From positions 1-32,928 of IMG/VR virus record IMGVR_UViG_3300036778_000033: a stretch of 32,928 bases of DNA. One strand, given 5' to 3'. This document shows, one piece after another, positions 1 through 5,947 of the stretch; positions within the stretch are counted from its first letter, which is position 1; every line of letters begins with the position of its first letter. The position numbers and the translations under genes are program-made. The notes under the pieces were generated by a model. It worked only from the letters and a program-made list of their open reading frames with translations, searched no databases and had not been told where the DNA came from. The DNA comes from a virus. Lineage: Duplodnaviria > Caudoviricetes.

Positions 1-31
1 CGCGCGTATAATGGGAAATGTGGTGACGATA
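1..31. other. Hairpin telomere half-site (protelomerase target, N15 telRL-like)
   Basis: Window opens with CGCGCGTATAATGGGAAATGTGGTGACGATA. The N15 telRL core is CCATTATACGCGCGTATAATGG and one N15 arm (recalled) reads CGCGCGTATAATGGGCAATTGTGTGCTGATA. Sequence starts 3 nt before the symmetry axis, and downstream gene order (par, tail, head, cos, lysis) fits a linear prophage. Confidence 0.9.
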
Positions 32-94
32 TATGTTTTGAAAAGGTTACGTTATAATGTTATCGGTTACGATATTTTAATCTGGTTACAATGA
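22..94 (+). repeat. Four imperfect sub-telomeric direct repeats, consensus GGTTACGATAT
   Basis: GGTGACGATAT (22), GGTTACGTTAT (45), GGTTACGATAT (65), GGTTACAATGA (84); start-to-start spacing 23, 20, 19 bp. Confidence 0.65.
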
Positions 95-369
95 TGGCGT
101 ATGACAATTACCATTGAATGCGGAATATAGTTTCCATAAGGCTTGAATATAATCATCCATTCATAATATGTCTAATCTTGTCATTTGGTTATGTTAATCA
201 GGGGTTGATAAAAACCAATTCGCAAAAGATAAAAGGAGCATGAAATTATTTTCGGTACGCAGCATTCAAAGATGGTTGTTGCTATCGAGTTACTTACAAT
301 AATAATGTTTGCTTTCAGTTAGATACGATATTTCATATAACAACCTGACTTCTTCGCATGCGAATCTAT

Positions 370-400
370 AAAAAAAGCTCCCGACATATGTCAGGGGCTT
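370..400 (-). terminator. Intrinsic terminator ending the icd operon
   Basis: Minus strand AAGCCCCTGACATATGTCGGGAGCTTTTTTT: hairpin plus T run, 30 nt after the stop at 430. Confidence 0.7.
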
Positions 401-429
401 CGGGTGGTTTAGTTTGACGGGACGAGTGT

Positions 430-600
430 TTACGTCCAGGGACAAGGCTCCACGCCTAGGGAACTATCGTGAATGTATAGAGAGAAACCAGTCGATTCGA
501 CATCACGCCGAACGGTACTGATCAGCGCGGCAGCGCGAGCCGTTGTACTTTCCAGTAGCTCCACGATACCAACAACATTTAGTTTGACCTGATTATTCAT
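430..600 (-). CDS. 56-aa protein directly after icd, in the antirepressor (ant) position; possibly truncated
   Basis: ATG at 600 lies 1 nt after the icd stop (TAA-C-ATG); MNNQVKLNVVGIVELLESTTARAAALIS... Function inferred from position only. Confidence 0.55.
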   Translation of the reverse strand: MNNQVKLNVVGIVELLESTTARAAALISTVRRDVESTGFSLYIHDSSLGVEPCPWT

Positions 601-601
601 G

Positions 602-760
602 TTACACCCCCGATGCAGGCAGGCGGGCGGAGAAAAACAATACAAACTTCCCCGCGAATAGCTTTCGGGCTTCGCGTTCGGTATTGGCAATAGCAGATAA
701 GTAATGGATGCGGCGTTTTTTATCGGTGCGTACGATCGCCGCAAATTTAAACCTGTACAT
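602..760 (-). CDS. icd: Icd-like host cell division inhibitor (52 aa; absent from the ORF track)
   Basis: Hand translation MYRFKFAAIVRTDKKRRIHYLSAIANTEREARKLFAGKFVLFFSARLPASGV. Shows the F-x-F-AA...A-x-TEREAR...VL-x-F-x-ARLP pattern of Icd/Kil-like proteins, has a GAGGAG RBS and lies downstream of a C4-type RNA. Confidence 0.88.
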   Translation of the reverse strand: MYRFKFAAIVRTDKKRRIHYLSAIANTEREARKLFAGKFVLFFSARLPASGV

Positions 761-809
761 ATGGTGTTCTCCTCATCAGAAAGAGAGTCACCACCGAAAG
801 TTCTCACAC
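757..809 (-). promoter_or_regulatory. Downstream antisense target (a2b2-type) overlapping the icd start
   Basis: Second copy of GTGTGAGAAC (800-809) and ACCATATG, the latter containing the icd ATG. Confidence 0.75.
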
Positions 810-815
810 TTAAGA

Positions 816-895
816 GGGTGGTGATCCGAACGAGGGTGAGAAACCGGAACCATATGAAACCCGGCCAGCCGAAGCTGCCTCGCCGGACCACCATA
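816..895 (-). ncRNA. C4/CI/CA-family antisense immunity RNA
   Basis: Minus strand ATGGTGGTCCGGCGAGG-CAGCTTCGGCTG-GCCGGGTTTCATATGGTTCCGG-TTTCTCAC-CCTCGTTCGGATCACCACC folds into the closing stem plus two hairpins typical of P1 C4, P4 CI and N15 CA RNAs. Its CATATGGT and TTCTCAC segments are complementary to flanking targets. Confidence 0.85.
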
Positions 896-924
896 ATTTT
901 GGCGTATGCGGGCATTGGACACAA

Positions 925-1000
925 AAAAACACGCTGGCGCGTGTTGTGTCGCCATATGGTTTCCAGGTTCTCACACCCGGCTACAGATTTTGCTGCAGCG
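925..1000 (-). promoter_or_regulatory. Upstream antisense target (a1b1-type leader)
   Basis: Minus strand GCTGCAGCAAAATCTGTAGC-CGGGTGTGAGAACCTGGAAACCATATGGCGACACAACACGCGCCAGCGTGTTTTTTTGTGTC contains GTGAGAA and ACCATATG, complementary to the RNA loops. Confidence 0.75.
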
Positions 1001-1005
1001 ACACA

Positions 1006-1035
1006 ACACTAACTCCTGAAACAACTACATGTCAA
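1006..1035 (-). promoter_or_regulatory. Sigma70 promoter for the antisense RNA/icd operon
   Basis: TTGACA (1035-1030), 18-bp spacer, TAGTGT (1011-1006), directly upstream of the leader hairpin. Confidence 0.65.
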
Positions 1036-1040
1036 TAACG

Positions 1041-1433
1041 TTAATTTGTTGGTGGATACGTTTTTCTGAACACATCAAAAACCTTATCCGTATCTACAGT
1101 GACAGGCTCATCAAGGTAATAAACCTTTCCTTCCCTGAAATGCTCGCCATACTGCATGGCTTTGCCATTTGCCGGATAAGCGATATAAGCAGGACCGCTT
1201 TTGTCTATAGAAAATAATGGCATTGGACCATTTTTCTGATTTCTGTCAAAGCAAAGGACAAACCATTGTTGGTTGTATTGCTCCCAATAACATGGCAGTC
1301 CAACCCTCTCATTGAGTTCTACATAGATTTGAGCTTTCGCAAATGTCACATAATCAGGAGCATCCGGCGTGTTGTCGTCGCATCCAGCTAAGGTCAGGGC
1401 CGCTAAGCCAATTGCTACCATCTTTATTCTCAT
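1041..1433 (-). CDS. Lipoprotein of unknown function (130 aa)
   Basis: MRIKMVAIGLAALTLAG-CDDN: basic N-terminus, hydrophobic stretch, lipobox LAGC; GGAG 6 nt before the ATG at 1433. Confidence 0.82.
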   Translation of the reverse strand: MRIKMVAIGLAALTLAGCDDNTPDAPDYVTFAKAQIYVELNERVGLPCYWEQYNQQWFVLCFDRNQKNGPMPLFSIDKSGPAYIAYPANGKAMQYGEHFREGKVYYLDEPVTVDTDKVFDVFRKTYPPTN

Positions 1434-1649
1434 AACCACTCCATTGTTAATAGTAATTTTTATTTTGTGGTTATTTTTCCCGCAGTGTCACAAGTATCTT
1501 CTCAAAGTGCCTTATTTTTTATATGTATCTAATCGTATAGACAACGTAAAGACGACGCAAGCTTTACATGCGCTTTACATCGTAAGCGCCTTGCGCTATA
1601 ACAGCAGCATTGAACAATCCGACGAACATAACAAGACAAGGGGTTTACG

Positions 1650-2318
1650 ATGGAACAGAGACGCGCTTTCACGCTTGCGGTCGGCTCGGACAGTGGTGGG
1701 GTGGGGAAAAGCACCTACGTGGCCAATCAGGCCGCTATGCTGGCGAATAAAGGTGTTTCAGTCGTGGTATTAAAGGCTGATAAAAACCCGGACCTGCTGG
1801 GCTGGAGTGAAAAGAGGATCGCCGCTGGCCTCCCGGAAGTACCCGTCATGGAGGCTTACGGTAATTTAACTAAAGAGATTACCCGCTTGCAGAAGATGTG
1901 CAACGTCCTCATCATTGATTGCCCTGGTCATGACAGCGAGGAGTTCCGTAGCGCACTAGTTAACGCCGATGTGTTGCTTTCACCCATCAAACCTTCCAGC
2001 GACTTCGAAGTTGAAACGCTAACTACCGTCATTGAAAAAGTTCGCGTAGCACAGCTCTCTAATAAACGCCTACAGCCGTGGATTTTAATGACACGAGTTA
2101 AGGCCAATAAAGTCCACAAAGCTATCGAACTGGATAAGCTCCTTTCTTCGGATAGCGCTTGGATACAGCCTCTTAAAACCCGTATTTCGGAACTGGATGT
2201 ATTTGAGGAAGCATGCAATTCAGGTGCGGGTGTTCATGATGTTGCTCGCGCTTCCAGCCTCGGAAAAGCAAAGGCTCAGATAGAGTTAGTCGCTAAGGAA
2301 ATCGGCATCCCGGTTTGA
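1650..2318 (+). CDS. parA: ParA/MinD-family partition ATPase, short (type Ib-like) form
   Basis: 222 aa with GGVGKST Walker A near the N-terminus, LIIDCPG Walker B, ALVNADVLLSPIKPS and no N-terminal HTH; located next to the telomere like N15 sopAB. Confidence 0.88.
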   Translation: MEQRRAFTLAVGSDSGGVGKSTYVANQAAMLANKGVSVVVLKADKNPDLLGWSEKRIAAGLPEVPVMEAYGNLTKEITRLQKMCNVLIIDCPGHDSEEFRSALVNADVLLSPIKPSSDFEVETLTTVIEKVRVAQLSNKRLQPWILMTRVKANKVHKAIELDKLLSSDSAWIQPLKTRISELDVFEEACNSGAGVHDVARASSLGKAKAQIELVAKEIGIPV

Positions 2319-2382
2319 TTTTGTTGTATTTACATTGTAAAGTCATTGTATAGGCTAAAATGGAGCAACAAAGGCAAAAATT

Positions 2383-2664
2383 ATGGCTCTTAAATTAAAA
2401 AAACCAGCAGCACCTAAAACCGATGCCCCGGCTACAAATGCCGATACAGCTCGCTTTATTTCTAACGCAAAAAACGCACCAACTTCTGGCAAAACGCCCG
2501 TTACTAACTTTCGTCTTGAGCCTGCTTTTACTGAGATCCTCAGCGCTGAGGCTACCAGGACCGGGCAAAATAAAACGACCATCATGAAAGCGATGATTGT
2601 TGCATGGGAAGAAATGGACGAGGCGCATAAAGACCGCTGTATCCTTAAATCCGCACGTATGTGA
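2383..2664 (+). CDS. Putative centromere-binding partner of ParA (ParG/ribbon-helix-helix-like)
   Basis: 93 aa downstream of parA; low-complexity basic N-terminal tail (MALKLKKPAAPK) then a strand-helix-helix pattern (VTNFRLEPAFTEILSAEATRTGQNKTTIMKAMI). Confidence 0.7.
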   Translation: MALKLKKPAAPKTDAPATNADTARFISNAKNAPTSGKTPVTNFRLEPAFTEILSAEATRTGQNKTTIMKAMIVAWEEMDEAHKDRCILKSARM

Positions 2665-2677
2665 GAAGGAACAATCG

Positions 2678-2857
2678 ATGACAAAAGAAATAACAATTCC
2701 AGATAGTGAAGATATTGAGTGGCAACAGAACATGCTTCGTCAACTGGATGTCGAGCTAGAAAAGCTGGAACTGGAAATACCAGAAGATGATGGGCAGGTG
2801 ATCCTTGAAGGAGCGCAAAAAATTGTTTCTGCGCTACGACAGTATTCCGGTTTTTAA
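2678..2857 (+). CDS. Small acidic hypothetical protein (59 aa), third gene of the par operon
   Basis: AAGGA RBS before ATG 2678; MTKEITIPDSEDIEWQQNMLRQLD...; followed by a hairpin. Confidence 0.65.
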   Translation: MTKEITIPDSEDIEWQQNMLRQLDVELEKLELEIPEDDGQVILEGAQKIVSALRQYSGF

Positions 2858-2948
2858 CCGTACAGCCCGCCGAAATGGCGGGCAATGAGGACGACGAGTT
2901 GCCCCATTCAGGGCTTGTGTTTAGCGGGGCCGCAGCCCCGGTTACGAA

Positions 2949-3179
2949 TTAAAATGTTGCGTTCTTATACTCAATGGTCAACGCATAACCCCCTGACGCG
3001 CTCTTGTGTACCATCCCCATGCATACCATTTGCTCAAGAATAAATTCAACGGTGTCATTTTTCATCTGACAAGCGTCTGCAATTTCCTGCACGTCTGCAC
3101 GGTGATAGCCTCTCATTACATATTCAACAGAAAGCGCCTGCTCGGTCATTGCTTCGCGGATTTTTTTAAAGTTTGTCAT
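2949..3179 (-). CDS. Small winged-helix-like DNA-binding protein (76 aa)
   Basis: ADVQEIADACQMKNDTVEFILEQMVCMGMVHKSASGGYAL fits an HTH plus wing; GAGG RBS. Confidence 0.65.
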   Translation of the reverse strand: MTNFKKIREAMTEQALSVEYVMRGYHRADVQEIADACQMKNDTVEFILEQMVCMGMVHKSASGGYALTIEYKNATF

Positions 3180-3221
3180 CGTCGTCGTCCTCTTCTGCCG
3201 CCCTTTCGGGCGGCGGTTATA

Positions 3222-3455
3222 TTATTGAGTGAACTGAAAGGCCAGCTGGTTTACCTTCTCGCTAACTTTTGCTATGTCATTTTTTGCATCAAGCAAAATC
3301 ATTCCCGCCAGGCGGTCTGCAAGGTTGCCGCTGTGGTGGCTGTAATCGGTGCTCATCTGGTTCAGGCGGCGAAACATTTCATACAAGTCGTCATTCAGTG
3401 CCGCGATGTCGGCTTTCAATTTTTCGTTGTCGTTATAGTTCTTTTCAAAATCCAT
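3222..3455 (-). CDS. Hypothetical helical protein (77 aa)
   Basis: GAGG RBS before ATG 3455, coiled-coil-like periodicity, co-oriented with the wHTH gene. Confidence 0.65.
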   Translation of the reverse strand: MDFEKNYNDNEKLKADIAALNDDLYEMFRRLNQMSTDYSHHSGNLADRLAGMILLDAKNDIAKVSEKVNQLAFQFTQ

Positions 3456-3558
3456 AATTAGCCTCTAATTTCAAAACGTTGCGAGATTCATTCCCGCCCC
3501 AACGACACGAACTGTAACTCTGGCGAAGTGCGACAGCCAGTCTTTTTTTTATCTTTTT

Positions 3559-3601
3559 ACGCAAATTTTCATTTGACGCAATTTTCATGTTTTGGTATAT
3601 T
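3559..3601 (+). promoter_or_regulatory. Sigma70 promoter and candidate operator of the TA operon
   Basis: TTGACG (3573-3578), 17 bp, TATATT (3596-3601); overlapping direct repeat ACGCAAATTTTCAT / ACGCAATTTTCAT. Confidence 0.65.
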
Positions 3602-3621
3602 TTTTAGCACAAGGAGGATTT

Positions 3622-3933
3622 ATGTTTGAAGTGATAACCCATCAGGATGCCTTGCCAGAATTAAAGGCACTGCCCGATGAGCTAAGAGGTAGGATGTTCA
3701 GATTGATAGAAAGGCTCGGGCTTGAGGGTAATCAACTCAAAATGCCGCACAGTAAAGTGATTGGCGGCGGGCTTTTTGAATTGAGGGTAGGAGATAAAAA
3801 TATCGCCCGCACGCTTTACGCGTTCGAGGTCGGACAAAGGATCTATCTTCTTCACGCTTTCGTTAAGAAAACACAGAAAACCCCCAGCGCTGCGATTGAA
3901 ACCGCCCGGAGACGCTTACAGGAGCTGAAATGA
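3622..3933 (+). CDS. Type II toxin, RelE superfamily (HigB / N15 Gp49-like)
   Basis: 103 aa from ATG 3622 (AAGGAGG RBS); MPHSKVIGGGLFELRV, RTLY and LLHAFVKKTQKTP motifs; toxin-first order. Confidence 0.9.
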   Translation: MFEVITHQDALPELKALPDELRGRMFRLIERLGLEGNQLKMPHSKVIGGGLFELRVGDKNIARTLYAFEVGQRIYLLHAFVKKTQKTPSAAIETARRRLQELK

Positions 3934-4217
3934 AAAAAACGGTATCATTTGACGAGCTAAAAAGAGAGATGCTTGATACCCCTGATGCAATCAGGGGTTA
4001 TGAGGAAGCAGACAAGGAGTTAGCAATTATTGAGCTGCTCTATAAAATGCGAGAAAGGGCTGGCCTGTCCAAAACAGAAGTGGCAAAAAAAATGGGAATA
4101 GATCCATCAGGCATAACACGCCTTGAGGGAAACCCTATGGGCGCAAGCATGAAAACCCTGGCCCGTTACGCAACCGCCTGCGGAGCCAGCATTGATATTC
4201 AGGCCGTGTATCAATAG
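3930..4217 (+). CDS. XRE-HTH antitoxin (HigA-like)
   Basis: ATGA overlap with the toxin; RERAGLSKTEVAKKMGIDPSGITRLEG helix-turn-helix. Confidence 0.9.
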   Translation: MKKTVSFDELKREMLDTPDAIRGYEEADKELAIIELLYKMRERAGLSKTEVAKKMGIDPSGITRLEGNPMGASMKTLARYATACGASIDIQAVYQ

Positions 4218-4228
4218 CTGATACATAC

Positions 4229-4253
4229 AAAGCCCGCGAGATGCGGGCCTTTT
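4229..4253. terminator. Terminator between the convergent TA and tail operons
   Basis: AAAGCCCGC-GAGAT-GCGGGCCTTTT hairpin. Confidence 0.7.
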
Positions 4254-5271
4254 ATTTACCGCTTACCGGTTTGCTGGCCGTAATGCTTAGCCGGTAGCCT
4301 TCATTACGACCACCGCGTGCCTCAACCCGGTCAATACTCACTCGCCCGCGCATGCCATCCGGGAACGTGCTGTCCAGCTCCACAACCCCCTCTGCCGTGA
4401 TATAAGGATTTCCCGGCGTATCCAGCCTGATTTTTGACGTGTTGCGCTTAACCTTGCGCTGACTCCCGGAGAGCACTGCTTCTGCATGTTCCTGATTTAC
4501 ATAAGTGCCGGGGATAGTTTTGTAAGGTGGCGAACCGCTCGTAACTGTTCGCACCTCGCCGGTGGCCTCGTCGGTATATTTCACCCGGACACCGCTTGCC
4601 GCTTTCTTGCCGGGGGTATCTACTGAACACTGAATAAACATTTCATTGCCTGGCGTATTTTCTGGCGGACAGGTTAACTTCACCACTGGCAGCGTTTTGC
4701 CGGTGATAGATTTCGCCTCGCCACGCAGCGCCAGAATGTAAGCACCATCGACCGGCTTAGCCACCGCATCATGTTCCTCGGCCAGCCGGTTCAGAAACGC
4801 GGAGTCTGTTTCGTCTGTCTGGTCAACGTGCTGATATGAAAACGCACCCAGCCGCGAATCCATGCGCGGAGACAACCCGTGCCGCTGCGCAATCGCCTGG
4901 AATATCTCACCCAACGTCGTGTTATCCCAGGATGCGGAGCGACGCTCACGAAAGCCGGTTGTATCTTCTTTTTCAAACGGTGCTGCGGTCGCGGTAATTG
5001 TGATTATACGCGGGAAAAGTTGCGGGGTAATCGTGGTGATTTTAAAGCGCCCAATTTTCACCACGCCGCTCTCTTTGTACCCTTCATACCACGTCAGGAC
5101 GCCACCTTCTTTTGGAATACCTGACAGACCCGTCACATCAACGGTCAAAATGATACGGTCCGTCTCCTTGCCGCTGCTCACATCTATACGCTCAAAGGCC
5201 GTCATGCGACCGTTGATAATATCAGCGCCCGGTCCCTCGCAATAATGTACCGGCGTAAACCCTAGCTCCAT
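4252..5271 (-). CDS. Baseplate hub protein, P2 gpD-like
   Basis: 339 aa; HVDQTDETDSAFLNRLAEEHDAVAKP motif; last gene after U and X homologues. Confidence 0.88.
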   Translation of the reverse strand: MELGFTPVHYCEGPGADIINGRMTAFERIDVSSGKETDRIILTVDVTGLSGIPKEGGVLTWYEGYKESGVVKIGRFKITTITPQLFPRIITITATAAPFEKEDTTGFRERRSASWDNTTLGEIFQAIAQRHGLSPRMDSRLGAFSYQHVDQTDETDSAFLNRLAEEHDAVAKPVDGAYILALRGEAKSITGKTLPVVKLTCPPENTPGNEMFIQCSVDTPGKKAASGVRVKYTDEATGEVRTVTSGSPPYKTIPGTYVNQEHAEAVLSGSQRKVKRNTSKIRLDTPGNPYITAEGVVELDSTFPDGMRGRVSIDRVEARGGRNEGYRLSITASKPVSGK

Positions 5272-5477
5272 ACGGCCACCTGATTATCCGCTTCGGTCGT
5301 TGTCGTCTCCGTCACTTCCGGCAACTCAATAATCACGCCCATCGGTAGCACCCGCCCATGCTCGTGAAGATGGGGGTTCAGATCGTAGATTTGCTGTTCA
5401 GTCTGGTCGTCGTCACGCCCCAGCTTCACCCAGGCAATATCCCCCAGCGTGTCGCGGTCGCGGCTGCGCACTTTCAT
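5262..5477 (-). CDS. Tail protein X (LysM-like), P2 gpX-like
   Basis: DTLGDIAW...IYDLNPHL...LPMGVIIELP motif, 71 aa. Confidence 0.9.
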   Translation of the reverse strand: MKVRSRDRDTLGDIAWVKLGRDDDQTEQQIYDLNPHLHEHGRVLPMGVIIELPEVTETTTTEADNQVAVWS

Positions 5478-5947
5478 TTCGCGCCCCCCTGTTTTTTCTG
5501 CTCAATTGGCTTGTTGGCAAACTCGCGCAGATTAATCGTTACGCTCTGCTTCATGGAGTTTGCTTCGTGATACAGCCAGTTTTCATCAACGTCGAAACTG
5601 GTCAGCACCCATTGCCCCATCAGCTTTCCATCACCCCGAACAAGCGCATGCGGTTTTTTTTCATCGCGTAGCTTAACCAGTTTCTCAATACCGGCCTTTC
5701 CTCCGTCATGGAACCAGTCGCACTTAATTGTCATCTCATCGAGCTTTCGCCCTGTCTGCTGTTGTGCAGGGAGTTCATTCAGCAGGTCGATGGTTATCCA
5801 TCCTCCGTCATAACGCCGCGTCAGCGACGACGCAGGCGTATTTTCCGGCAGGCTGAAGGTGAAGTCTCCCAGCACAAATTGGGTGGGCGATAGCGATATT
5901 TCCCCGGCCTGTCTGGATTGCGCCGTATCCTTTGTAAACCACGCCAT
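5474..5947 (-). CDS. Tube initiator, P2 gpU-like
   Basis: LGDFTFSL, LVRGDGKLMGQWVLTS and INLREF motifs; lies between tape measure and X. Confidence 0.87.
   Translation of the reverse strand: MAWFTKDTAQSRQAGEISLSPTQFVLGDFTFSLPENTPASSLTRRYDGGWITIDLLNELPAQQQTGRKLDEMTIKCDWFHDGGKAGIEKLVKLRDEKKPHALVRGDGKLMGQWVLTSFDVDENWLYHEANSMKQSVTINLREFANKPIEQKKQGGAK

Noticed and set aside
240-302. 20-codon ORF after AAGGAG near the telomere
   Set aside because: The RBS is only 1 nt from the ATG and nothing else supports it.
430-924. 164-aa ORF with an 'Ash-like' segment (MVVRRGSFGWPGF)
   Set aside because: Its upstream part is a translation of the C4-type RNA and overlaps icd in another frame; only 430-600 is kept.
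704-1217. Plus-strand ORFs 704-1012 and 1029-1217
   Set aside because: Antisense to the RNA/icd locus and the lipoprotein, with no recognisable motifs.
1369-1773. 134-aa plus-strand ORF with a hydrophobic stretch
   Set aside because: Spans the divergent promoter region and overlaps both flanking genes; hydrophobicity reflects T-rich DNA.
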